A DNA stretch of 63,866 nucleotides, the filler included, from Choristocarpus tenellus KU-1152 (Eukaryota; Protista; Phaeophyceae), in NCBI GenBank assembly GCA_964200185.2. It is 12 parts of 12 records of this genome, joined end to end, with 100 filler letters (N's around TTAATTAATTAA, not from the genome) between each part and the next. Parts side by side here need not be neighbours in the genome. Positions count along the whole stretch, not along the records: positions 34,130 to 39,004 come from CAXNAD020012701.1; positions 39,105 to 41,790 come from CAXNAD020025653.1; positions 41,891 to 46,948 come from CAXNAD020012007.1; positions 47,049 to 51,994 come from CAXNAD020012425.1; 8 more parts are not named here. One strand, 5' to 3'. Shown one piece after another: positions 37,162 through 49,431 of this stretch. The position numbers and the translations under genes were made by a program. Below the pieces are notes generated by a model. That model worked only from the letters and a program-made list of their open reading frames with translations, was not told where the DNA came from and did not search any database. Position 1 is the stretch's first letter, and every line of letters begins with the position of its first letter.

Positions 37162-37460
37162 AGCCAAAGTATCTTAGAGGGTAGATCCGCGTCCATTTGG
37201 GGGTCAATATCCAATGTTGCGATTTTGACATAATTTTGGCTGTTGTGTTCATTAGGAAGTATCTATATCCCTGTTCCGGACACACCTTTTCTTAATGTAT
37301 ACATTTTGTCTACTCCAAAACATTTTGGAGTAGGAAAATGTCATAAAAAAAAACGAGGGAAGCCAAGCCCCAAATGGACAAACTGGGCAAAACTCGTAGC
37401 CTCTGAGATACTTTCACTCAGTAGTAGTAGTAGTAGTAGTGGTAGTGGTAGTAGTAGTAA
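37098..37460. repeat. (GTA)n microsatellite split by a MITE insertion
   Basis: GTA repeats at 37098-37160 and 37420-37460. Confidence 0.9.
37161..37419 (-). mobile_element. MITE family A, full-length copy, TSD AGTA
   Basis: AGTA|GAGCCAAAGTATCTTAGAGGGTAG ... GAGATACTTTCACTC|AGTA. Confidence 0.95.
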
Positions 37461-39004
37461 TAATAATAAATACTATACATCAGGGCCGCAGGCATTCTTC
37501 TGGAAAACAGATGTTACATTAGTGGGGCAAATGTACTCAAGCGTTTTCTAGTCAACAATTACACTACAGAGGAAATGGTGCTGGTCGTTGCCCTAACAAC
37601 AGATGTTAGGTGCAAGCCTAGTGCTATGTTATGGATCAAATGGATTCTGCCATTGCAAGGACAAAACAGATGTTTTTGGAACAACTGTCCCAGAGCTATG
37701 TCCTGGTAATAGGCAATACAGAGCGAATCAGCCCTAATGCTATCCTGGATATAACAGGAATTTTGACCCAAATTAGGATGAATATTAGAGGGTGACTAAT
37801 CATATTTTGGAGTGTTACATTATCCTGATTGTGAGTGTTTTCTCACATAGTTCTCAAGATTTATTTTTTATGGTTCTAGCACGGTAGTAACAGTCTGTAA
37901 CATATATTTTTTTCATTCTCATTGCAAGTGGTGAACACAGTCCAATGTTCAGAAGAAGAGTAAAAAACAGTTCTAAGTACAAGAGGTGGCAAGGTGTTAT
38001 TGGCGTATTCATGGAGGTTTTCATGACCAGAGTGGATGTTTCACCCTATCTAAAGCCAACTAGTTCTCAGGGTAGTGGATCCTTGTCAGGTGCTTGGTTC
38101 AGATCCAGTCTCAGGTCAATGATCACATTTGGGTCTTGTTTGGGTATAACTTTGGAGTTATGATGTGACATAGAAATTTTGGACTGGGAAGATTGAATGC
38201 TCCCCTGAGCAGAGTACCACCCCATTTAAGTAGGTTCACTCTGTTTGGGGTTTTGTGGCATTCAATGGGCACTTGCGTTCCCTCACTTTAATCTCTGGTC
38301 AACTCTTGACATCCTTGATCCTTTTTGTCTTCTTGTACATCAATTTCCATCATCAGGCTCATGCCCTCTTCCCCTCATCACATTGGTGGTTTATGACATC
38401 CGTTTCCTAATCTCTCCATGCCTTGACAGTCTTTTCTTCTCCCGAAAAATGGACCAGGCGCCTTGCTTGTAAGTTTGATACTGTCATCACACCCCAACTA
38501 TCCCTGTTTAGAGGTTAAACGCCTCTTTCCTCTTAGATTCCATCCACCCAAATATTGATCCACAATCTCTAGAGAATATTGATGGTGATATTCCTCTAGA
38601 GGACGCCCACCCCAACTTTTCCTTTGAGTTTTTACCCATTTTGTTTTCCATATATACCTGAACTGGACCCTCTCCATCTCCTGCTTAATTGTCTAGGCCT
38701 CCGAGAACTGCAGCACTAAGCAATGGGAATCATTTATCTTGCCAGCATCAACAAGAGCTCACGAAGCACATAGACCAATCGGAACCAAAATGGTCAGGGC
38801 AAGGAGTAGGTTCTGGGTCGGAGAAGGGGCAGGGACAGGGAAGGGGACACCGTCACAGGCAGGGACAGGAGTGGGGACACCTGCAGACACAGGTTCGGGC
38901 TAGGGCGCGAGGAACTAGGCAACAAACACAAGACCAAAATCTTCATGCCAGATGGGGACATCCACACAGTGGAGGGTGTATCTTCTCTGAACCAGAAACG
39001 ACAG

Positions 39005-39104
39005 NNNNNNNNNNNNNNNNNNNNNNNNNNNNNNNNNNNNNNNNNNNNTTAATTAATTAANNNNNNNNNNNNNNNNNNNNNNNNNNNNNNNNNNNNNNNN
39101 NNNN
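39005..39104. other. Artificial contig linker
   Basis: N44-TTAATTAATTAA-N44. Confidence 0.98.
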
Positions 39105-41019
39105 CTCATAGTCCCGCGCCTTCCTCAATTTTGAGGATCCCCTGTTTACTGCTCTATAAAATGATGACAACCCCATCTAGAAGTGCCCACCAAGCCTGAT
39201 CACAGCATGTGCGTGTATGGCATACGATCAATGAAACCCTCCGTCCCGCAAGCTTGACGAGAGGGGGTCAAGGGTAGTGACATCAGATTACATCAAGAGT
39301 GAATAGCTGTGTCTGTTTACTTCAGGTGCGTATCCCTTCTAGTATGTATAGTATATGTGCCTCTGGAGGATAACCCTAATCCTAACCCTAACCCAAGCTG
39401 TGCGCACTCCGCTGTGACTCTGCCGAGACTCTCTCCAACACATAGACACCCTGTAGCTCAGATACCTTACTTTTCAGGTACGTAACCCTAAGCCTAAGTC
39501 CGTTTATGACTACGGTCTACTTAACTGCCACACACAACAGACCACACCCTAGCGAAACTTAGCCCTCAATGCAAGAATTTTTAAGTTCCGAGATTCACAG
39601 CAAAGAGTCACAACAGAGACCTGCCAAAGAGAAACAGAGTCTCGATCTCGTCGCATGTGAATAGTCCATCCAATGCTACTTTCAAGAAATGGCAATACAA
39701 TCAACACTGTTCACACATGTGATCGAATCCGACTTCACGGTCCTAAACCCTCTCTTTTCCTCACCCTGTGACAGGTACACCTCATGGCATCCTATCATCG
39801 TATAAGTGCACCCCTCAAGCGTGCCTGGTCACTCCTGGAAGAGTCAATTTGTTACTAATACTATAACTAAAATGAATATGTTCTCAATCGACCAATAGGA
39901 GGACCCGATCACAATATAACATCCACCAACCCCCTCTCCTGTTGCGAATAGTAATTTCAGGGTCATACACCATTGTACTTTCACTGTTCGGTCGGTTACT
40001 TTACTACTGTGAAGGCTTGTCCAACTGTATGTACGGGTAATTTTAACTATCAGATATGTTGACATAAGAACAATCACGACTTTTGTCCAAGCACAGTAAG
40101 ATATGATTGCAAAGGGAATTCGGACAGTAGGGTATATAATTTTCCAAGAAAGAATACTAACACAGACACACAAGAAAATATTTACAAAACAGTTTGAGTA
40201 GTACTTTCCATTTGATCTCACAGTATGTTTCAGTCGACGGTTTGAATTCTGATATTGACAGTTAGGAATGCAGTTACAGATGTAGTTTTGTGTTGATGGC
40301 ATGGCGCAGTTTGGATTTTGACAGTATGATCAATGTTGCACCTCTTCTCTCCGCAGTCAACAAGGATAACACCATGTCCTTTCAACAGTTGTGCACGACA
40401 TTGACGTGGGCTATAAACCATTAAGAGAAGGGGTTGGTGAAAAAAATATTTTCACAAATTTCAAAGTTGTTTACCTCTCTTAATGTAAGAGTTTTGAAAA
40501 AATGTATTTGCACCTTACATATTTGATGTTTGGATCATCTAGGCTCTTTAGTTTGTATAGTTTACAATTTAAAACTCATTTATCCATGTACAATAGTTGT
40601 AGGTGGACAAGTTGAAGATTGAAGATGCACCACCACTGCACTATTACACGGTACAGTTATGGTAAGTGCACCCTAGCGTGGTCTGGTTGCGCTACAGTCA
40701 CGGTTATTCAGAGAACTGGACAGTATGTTCATTGTATCAGAATAGTTACTGGGTTGTAGAGTACGGTAGGATGAATAGCACCCACAGTCACCACAGTACA
40801 GTTAAGGAATTATGGTTGTGCACAGCTCTTTTTGCAGTATCTCCATGGTTGCCAACGGTAGGGTTGCGATATAGACCATCAACATTTTTCCCAACTGTAC
40901 CTGTAACTGTAACCATAGTCATGAAATGATTGAGGTTTCTACCATGGCCATAACAACCGTGTAGGGAAGGCCCTGGTAATATCAATAGTGGTGCTGTGCC
41001 ATTCGCCAAGGCCTCTCAC

Positions 41020-41192
41020 ATCAAGAACTTCGTTGACAGTATGCAAAGCGCTCCAGCCAGGTTGTACATGGCACTCATGCCGATGTCGATGGACCCGGCA
41101 TCCCGGCACACAGACTCTATATTATGTGCCTCATCCAAGACCACCACGGCTCCTTTCAGGGAAAAACTGGCACTCTTGAGGATCTTGGGGTC
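41020..41192 (-). CDS. Exon of an XPD-family (FANCJ/RTEL1-type) DEAH helicase
   Basis: T-rich tract and CAG|DPKILKSASFSLKGAVVVLDEAHNIESVCRDAGS...|GTGAGA; DEAHN is motif II of this family; paralog not resolvable. Confidence 0.9.
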
Positions 41193-41742
41193 CTGCCTTG
41201 GAAAAAAAAAGGTTGGAAAAAAATACACCGTGATGAAAACTGAACCAAATTTGTGTGAGACGCAAGAGGCGTTTATTATTTCATTTATTTTTGTAACAGT
41301 AATATATATATATACTATAGTAGAACTTAGTATATAAATATTCTACATTATTGTGAGGCTGCACCAGAGCTATTTTTTCAAATGAATAAAAGTGGTTGTG
41401 CGGGCCCTAATCCTATCAAAAACTAAATATCAATCCCAGCAGGTCAGTACCATAGAGACTAGATCCAAAAAAAAGGTGTGACGCTTTTATTGGTGTAGTA
41501 TAGTAGGAGAAAGAACAATCCAGAGAGGTCAATAGTCAACACTTCAAACAAATAATCATTATTAATACAGATAAGCATTCTCATTATGTTATTAGCTAAT
41601 GCTATCGATTCTTATTCATATAATATTTCAGATGGAGTGGTGTAGTAATACTATGTAGTATGCTCTACATAAAACAGTTTTTCAGTCACATCCTTACAAT
41701 AAATATGCAGTGCAAGAGATTGAACCAGAACTAGAACCATTC

Positions 41743-41790
41743 GACTAGAAGTATCTGGGGGGGGGGGGGGGTACAAAACATCAAGGTGTC
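41743..41790 (+). mobile_element. MITE family B, terminal fragment at contig end
   Basis: GACTAGAAGTATCT(G)n...ACATCAAGGTGTC. Confidence 0.7.
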
Positions 41791-41890
41791 NNNNNNNNNN
41801 NNNNNNNNNNNNNNNNNNNNNNNNNNNNNNNNNNTTAATTAATTAANNNNNNNNNNNNNNNNNNNNNNNNNNNNNNNNNNNNNNNNNNNN
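41791..41890. other. Artificial contig linker
   Basis: N44-TTAATTAATTAA-N44. Confidence 0.98.
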
Positions 41891-41975
41891 CGTTGGATGG
41901 ATAATGAAAGTGCCCTTTTCCTGGGGTTGGACCAAATTTGGTGTAGCCCCCCCCCCCCCCCAGATACTTTTGGTC
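41891..41975 (-). mobile_element. MITE family B, fragment at contig start
   Basis: Aligns with 10-99; ends (C)nAGATACTTTTGGTC. Confidence 0.8.
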
Positions 41976-42794
41976 TTTGGCCTTCTCATCCAACAAATGG
42001 ACAGGTCAAAGTCATCATCATGATTCGTAAATTTATGCACGGGACAGCTCACATTGATGACCATGTACAATACTGTTCTTTTTCAACAGGTCTCCCCTCC
42101 CGGTATGAGCATGGAGTAAAGCTCTGTGTTGTCCAGGACCTGCACCATCCTGGTCATGATAATCTTGTGATCCTTCCTACACTTCCTTGCATGGTTGGGG
42201 CTGTCAAGGATATGAAAGGTGCCCCGTGGCACCTCCTTGTCTGTTATGGTACGCAGTACCAAATCTCTGCATAGTCATCATCGCAGACCTACAGATTAGA
42301 TGGAAGACAAGTTCGGGTGAAGTGGAGAGTAAGAAAGATGTGTGGAGGAGCAGAGGGCGAGTTGGTAGAGGACAAGAGTCCCTACTCATGATGGAATATG
42401 CTACACTATTGGTGATAACAATCAGTGCGTGCTACAGAGTGATGAATGATATGTGCAGTCTCTGCATCTGTGGTGGGCTACATCATGTGAGTGAAAGATG
42501 GTGGTGTGAAACATGTACAATCCACCAAGCCATATTTTCCAGTAATTACCACAATGTCCAAGTTGTAGCTTCCACCCAAGACTTTTGCGATTAAGTTAAC
42601 ATCCACACTCTTCTCGTGTTCGAAGATCCTGCAATGGAGGGCGTCATGTTGTGCTCAAGATAATCAAGCGCTGTTCTGTTTAGCATACCAACCCTTAACC
42701 AGATTTTCACAGGATAGTGCAAAAGAGGGATACACAGAGAGGCCAGAAACAGGGATGGTTGACGGAACACTCGTTGACAGTAGTTCAGGACACA

Positions 42795-43051
42795 GAGTGA
42801 AAGTATCTTAGAGGGTACGAGTTATTACCTCTTTGTCCATTTGGAGATTGGCTTCCCGTTTTTTTTAATGACATTTTCCTACTCTGAAATGTTTCACAGA
42901 GAGTACATTGGATACGTTATGAAAAGATGTGTCCGGAACAAGGGTATTGACACTTCGTAACAAACATGATAGTTAAAATTACATCAAAATCGCGACATTG
43001 CATTTTGGTCCCCAAATGGACACGGCTCTACCCTCTAAGGTACATTCGCTC
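42795..43051 (+). mobile_element. MITE family A, full-length diverged copy
   Basis: GAGTGAAAGTATCTTAGAGGGTA ... TACCCTCTAAGGTACATTCGCTC; TSD not clean. Confidence 0.92.
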
Positions 43052-46000
43052 ATATCGCAAGTCTCAGAACCTCAGAGGTGGAAGGTGTAGTGCATCATCC
43101 TCTTTGTCATAGCTGGAGACTATGTCACGCACCACTTCTTTGAACTTCCCCCACGACGCGATAGAAACGTCTATAGCAATGACGAGTACACACATTCTGT
43201 TCAGAGGTTTCAGGGAGTTGCATTGAGATCCGTCATATTGTACGAAGAAAAGAAGCCCTCTAAGGCAGGGGTGGATTAAGTTCCAATTTTGTGTAACACA
43301 TGAATTTGGCAGATGCTCACAAAACGTAAACCATCCCTGGGCTTGCCAAGCTAGCGATAGGTTCGATATGGTCTTACCGAGCCATCGTCCAAATATGAGG
43401 ATAATTGGCAAGCTGTTTTTGAGAAGTACGGTACACCGAACTAGTCTGTGTAGCCCGCGTTGAATTGATCCTTGACTTGATGTTTCACGGTATCACGTAG
43501 GGACCTTTTTGCAGAGAGAAATTGACACGGCGCTTGCTTTTTTCACGCGTTTCTCATATCAGAGATTTTTGTGTGAAAAGTGCCGAGCTGATCCCCACCT
43601 TCATCGCTACAACAAAACGAAACGGAATTTATCCATTTCGAAACGGTACTTCTAAATTAGAGTTTTTCGAATTTGCCCGAGGCAGAATTGTGAAGGGAGA
43701 TGCCAAGCCCTCGTCAACGCAGGTCCGGCAACGTGCACTCCAAGAAAGCATACACTTCAGAGTTCCATCCTTGTACGTAATCAGATAATCAGTGTCCGAC
43801 TAGGCTGTGTTTGGCAGATAAATGTAGGCGGATCGCCCACACCTTGCAAAACCATTGTTCCATTGTTGGTGAGGTTTAAGGTGAGGGAGGAGGGAACTCG
43901 GCCAACAGATGTTAGGCAAATATACTACTGAGAGTGATGAGAGAAGAGGTTTAAGATTGTAGTGGTAGTGGGTGACTCTGATTTTGATCTCCACTCTCCC
44001 CTTAACCTTACAGGATAAACAGTCAATGTTATGTCGCTCTTTACAGAGACAGAGCGATTTGAGAGTCAAATCGTGGTCGGGGAGACAGTACGGCAGGCCA
44101 AGGATGGCACCTCTGAATTTGTCGGACCCGGGTCCTACAGGTTGGTGAAATGAAGGGAGGAGTAGTTTACTCCAACTGATTGGAATGTAAATGAGGGAAC
44201 TTGACAGTGTGTCACTACAAACGTCTATTGCCAACTATGAACCAGAAGAGGCGGTGGACGCTTCACAGTGACACGACAAAGTTCTTTCTCATTGTTGAAA
44301 CACCAGTTCGTTGTGCTCCTAACTTTTTCAAAAATAAATCTCACACACTTTCTAAAGGTCAACATGCCCAACAAGGTAATCTAAGGTCATTGTGCCGAGG
44401 CATAGTTGGGCAGAGTCAACGGCGAGAACGAACTGATCCTTCTCCTTGTTTTCACCCCCCAAAATTAGCCCAAGATTACGCAACGCGAGGGAATTTGGGT
44501 CACTCAGTCCCTCATTGTCTCGGCGTGCATGTATGGACCCCCCGCTCTCCTCTACAAGCCACGAGAACAAAAGGTGTGAGGAGTTGGAATATTCCTGCCC
44601 TAGGATGGAACAAACTCGAACTAGTAGCGTAATGATATGATCTGTAGATTTCCTAGATGCCGCATTCTTACTTAATTATTCAAGTCGGTCGTTCGTCGGA
44701 AGTACGGAACTGTAGAACTGGCTAGGTTTTGCAACTATTTACCAATAAATAGTTAGGAAAGGTGCAGATAATACAGAATCATGAACCCCATGGCTATCCT
44801 CAGCACCAGGATACAAGTACATATAGTTGTTGGGAAGCAACCACAATGGGCACCCTTGACTATAGTCTAGCATCTACTCCAAACCTTCTGTCTCTTTCAC
44901 GCACTATTTTTTTGCTGCATTGAGCTAAGGTGTTCTTGTTGTGATTTTTTTAACTTCGCTGCTCATTAGCTGTACCAATATGTGCCAGAAAATGACTGAG
45001 GTAGTACAGTCTACTATCACAATAATGTCACCATGCCAATTTAGAACTCCTCTTCACGCTAGACTATATATTCTATTATCCACTCCACACTGTCTCTCTT
45101 CTTGCTCTATTCTTATTATTGCTGCCCATTGAGACCAAGGTGTTTTGGTGGAAATTTTATTGACTTTGCTGTTGGGTACCTGTGCCAAGTTTGAGTGCTT
45201 CTAGAAAACCCTCCGGTAGCTCAGTCTTTTATCATGATAACATAACAACACAGATTTAGAACCGCTCTTCAGTTGACCTCCAACCCCTCCTAGACAGAAT
45301 GATTTCATCAGTCCAGCTTGCCGTTGACTGTCAAATTTTCAACAAACGACTGAAGGATTAAGTTAGCACATACTGTCTATTGAACTATTGCAACTCAATT
45401 ATCCACCTTCATTCTTTCAGCACAAGAAAGGTGATAGTCAATTCCCATTCATCCCAGGCACTCTACAGGTGGCACAGTCCGGGAAGGAGTTTTCTTCCAC
45501 CCTTCCACTAGGCATATCATTGAGCCAGGCCCTGGCTCATATGGTCCGGAAGTTATGTCCAGGATTGAAGTTAGCAGAGGATGCACAGCCACTCCTTCCA
45601 CAGGGGTCACAGGACGTCAGGTATAAACCTATGCGGAGCAAGAAAAAGGAGGTTGGTGAGACTGTGTCACGATATTAAGTTGATTGCTGATGGTATACAT
45701 CACCGTAAATATAATATACTATTTCATGGACAGTTACACAATCCAACAACCAAAATCACACATTTTATCCCGCTTGCTCCAACCAAGTCAAGGGCATTGG
45801 TGTGGTATCTCAATGTTTTCTAAAACATGAATCAACAGCATCTCAGACCTTCCTGTTGCACCAAATGCCTCCTTCAAGACAGTATGGATAACAAGCAAGT
45901 ACATACCGTTATCACATGGATATACTCAACACCTTTCTGGTAGAACTCTAGGATACAAGTGTTTATCCTCAATGTCATGTAAGTTCTTCTTGGGGGACTT

Positions 46001-46123
46001 GTTGTATGTACAGGCCAAAACAGGCCAAATAACAATAAACCCGGCCCGATTTATTTTCATGGTTGGCAAGGAAAACTGCTGCTACCATAAAATAAAATGT
46101 GGTATCATTTGAAGCAATATTTT

Positions 46124-46382
46124 GAGTGAAAGTATGTTAGAGGGTACGCGTTTTGACCTGTTTGTCCGTTTGGGGCTTGACTTCCCATGGAATATTGATG
46201 ACATTTGACCTACTCTGAAATGTTTCGGATTAAGTCAAATATATACATTATGAAAAGGTGTGTCCAGAATAAGGATATTGACACGTCCTAACAAACACAT
46301 TAGCCAAAATTAGATCAAAATCGCAACATGGGATATTGGTCCCCGAACGGACACGGCTCTACCCTCTAAGATACTTTGACTC
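46124..46382 (+). mobile_element. MITE family A, full-length copy, TSD TTTT
   Basis: TTTT|GAGTGAAAGTATGTTAGAGGGTA ... TACCCTCTAAGATACTTTGACTC|TTTT. Confidence 0.95.
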
Positions 46383-46948
46383 TTTTCCTCTCCTGGGTAT
46401 ACCATAGCTAAAATGTTATCTGTCAGCATTTTCGTTTCTTGCTGTTCTAATTTGGTTCTTATACTCACATCTCACCTCACATGCCAACACTGAAGTTCAA
46501 ATAAGTGAGGAAATATTACACAATCAAATGTGTTTCAACTGCTGCTGCTCTTCTCAAGATTCGTGTCACTGGGGTGTGTCCATGGAAGAATAAATAAGAA
46601 TAAATAGTGCAGATGTTATTTACCCAGATTTGTGTAATATATCACTATTGCAAACTGGGGTAGCTGATAAAATGGAGAGGAATATATCTCAGGTTTTTTT
46701 TTTTATCTTGTTGTGTATCTCCAGGTTTTGAATACACATTTTAGCCCAATCGTTTGGTCCCCAAAAGACATATCAACCAACTTATTCGTGTACTGTTGTG
46801 CCAAGTATATTCTGACCAACAGACCTCAAGTAGTTTCGGCTTGTTGGCATGCTCTGTTCACCAACGCCCACTTCCAGGCTTGGGACATTCGGGGGAGTGA
46901 GGGGGGAGGGGGACTTGTTGCCACCCGGGGTGGCTTCACAGTCAGCTC

Positions 46949-47048
46949 NNNNNNNNNNNNNNNNNNNNNNNNNNNNNNNNNNNNNNNNNNNNTTAATTAA
47001 TTAANNNNNNNNNNNNNNNNNNNNNNNNNNNNNNNNNNNNNNNNNNNN
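46949..47048. other. Artificial contig linker
   Basis: N44-TTAATTAATTAA-N44. Confidence 0.98.
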
Positions 47049-47451
47049 GAGTGAGGGGGATTTGTCACTGGTATGTTTTTTCTTACATTTAAAACAGGAA
47101 AGGATATCTGAAAAGATGTACTTTGAGGTACTATTTTAGTGCTAGGATTTGTAGCATACTTTACACTCAACCAAAGAATAATATAGTTTTCTATCATCTG
47201 TCAAGGTCGTGTCGAACCTCTTCACCCAAGTCCGGAAAGAGTGTTGCGCCATGCTCTCGAATCTATTTCGAATCTATTACAAACCTTCCCCTCTCCCCCC
47301 GCCTCATACATATCCATCATTGCATTCCTTCACTCTACCATGCCTGATCTATTGGGGCTCCCACGGACTCGGCTTATTGAAATATATTGTGCAGCCAATT
47401 GAAATGCTGTGCATACTGGGGCACGTATGGAATTGACTAATCACTTGTCAG

Positions 47452-47620
47452 GAAGAGTGCCGAAAAATCCGCTCTCTACTCCGTGAGGAGGAGTCGCGTG
47501 GGAGGGGACTGCAGGATCAGCTTAGAGAGGCTGAGACAAGGGAGAGGCGATTCTTGTCTGAGGTTGAGGAGGGAAAGCGCAAGGCTGCCAGTGCGGCTAC
47601 TGAAGCTGTCATGGGAGCAG
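47452..47620 (+). CDS. Exon of a coiled-coil protein
   Basis: GACTAAT branch-like site, CAG|EECRKIRSLLREEESRGRGLQDQLREAETRERRF...AVMGA G|GT; phase 1 matches 49271. Confidence 0.75.
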
Positions 47621-47780
47621 GTGTGTGTAGTACTGTGTAGGTATACCTCTTGTTGGTGTGTTTAGGGAGGCGATTTGACTCGTTGTTATCAGAGCGTGTA
47701 TAATGGTGCTCTGTAGGACGCCTGTTGCTGTTTTGGGTAAAATGGTGCTCTGTAAGAAAAAAGAAGATGGCACTGTCGTG

Positions 47781-48035
47781 AGTAGTTTGGTGTTTGAAAT
47801 ATGTTTCTGTTTGTGACAGTTACTTTGTTGAAGTAGTTTGGTGTTTGAATCATGTTTCTGTTTGTGACAGTTACTTTGTTGAAGTAGTTTGGTATTTGAA
47901 TCATGTTTCTGTTTGTAACAGTTATTTTGTTGAAGTAGTTTAATGTTTGAAGTATGTTTCTTTTTGTGACAGTTACTTTGTTGAAGTAGTTTGGTATTTG
48001 AAGTATGTTTCTGTTTGTGACAGTTACTTTGTTGA
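47781..48035. repeat. 51-bp minisatellite, 5 units (intronic)
   Basis: AGTAGTTTGGTGTTTGAAATATGTTTCTGTTTGTGACAGTTACTTTGTTGA and variants. Confidence 0.95.
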
Positions 48036-48349
48036 TAGCCCCCACTGTATTTATGCTTGTAGAGTACATAATCCCATGAGGTAAGTACTTGGTGATGTAT
48101 GTAAAAATATGTATGTAAATGTGTAGGATGTATGTACCTTCCTTGAGGTGTGATATATGTATGTATGTATGTATGAGTCTGATTTGGCATGTATATTTTA
48201 ATTATATATCTGCAATGTGCTCCTCTGGTTCACTTTGCTCTGACACCCCATTTGCTTCCTTTCTTGTTTCATCCCCCTTTCCTCCTTACGCTGTTGCTGG
48301 AGAAAAATAAATGTTTTTTTGCTGTGTTACATATTTTTCCTTTCTTTGC

Positions 48350-48541
48350 TACTATCTACTATAATGTTAATAATGTACTATTTATAATAATATTAATATA
48401 ATAATGTGTACAGTATACTATCTATTATAATATTAATATAATAATGTGTACAGTATACTATCTATTATAATGTTAATAATATAATAATGTGTACAGTATA
48501 CTATCTATTATAATGTTAATAATATAGTAATGTGTACAGTA
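48350..48541. repeat. 40-43-bp AT-rich tandem repeat
   Basis: TATTAATATAATAATGTGTACAGTATACTATCTATTATAA repeated about 4 times. Confidence 0.9.
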
Positions 48542-49270
48542 CTTGTGGGCAGTACTTGCAATTAAAGAACATAAAGTAGACACTTACACATTGTGACCAT
48601 GAGAGGGAATTTTCATTTTATTATTTCATCTGTCATTCATCAGTGAATGTAAAAAACATCCCTTTGTTATGTTGATGGATTGGCTTGATTTGAAACAGGA
48701 GTCATTATTTAAAGGTCAGAAAAGAGACCAAAAGTCTGAAAGAGAGAAAGTGGGGGATGGGGGAGAGGGAGGAAGTTCTTTTGCAGATTATTTGACGAAT
48801 TATTGTATTGGACCAAAACCCACCTAAGATAGTAAGGGGTGTATGAAAATGACTGTGATGTGTGGTCTTGTCTTAAAGGAAGAGATGTGGCTGTTTTTGT
48901 TTGAGTATGATGTTATTTTTGTTCAATAAGTGATTTGATGACATCAAAGGGTACATCGTATAGTGGGTGGTAAGAGATATTCAAATGATGAGAAGGAAGA
49001 TACGATTTTGTTTTTAGTTCTTTGGCGTTGCTTTAAGAAAAATTGTGTAATTTAAAAATCAGAATCCCAACTTCTTCATTTTATTTTTATCAACATTTTT
49101 TATTTCTCAAGCAGTGCCGGTTCTAGATCTCCAATGAATCACCCCCTGCACAGTCAGTGTGCTTTATGTAGCATTTGCATGTCAAAGATGTCCAATTTAG
49201 TGCCATTCCCATACCCCTCACATCACCCCCACCATCTGCATGGTAATTATACCTGAACAAACAACCAAAG

Positions 49271-49431
49271 AGGCAAAATTGGCAAGAGTGACGGAGGCCG
49301 CTAAAGCTACGATTTCTAGACTTGAACAAGCCATAGAGGGCGCTAAGGCAACTGCAAGGGCAGCAGTTGAGAGGGAGGCCAGGGGTAGGGCAGCTGCGGT
49401 AGACCTGTCTGAACTTGTGGGGCAGCAGAAG
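49271..49431 (+). CDS. Second exon of the coiled-coil protein
   Basis: AAG|AG GCA... AKLARVTEAAKATISRLEQAIEGAKATARAAVEREARGRAAAVDLSELVGQQK|GT. Confidence 0.7.
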
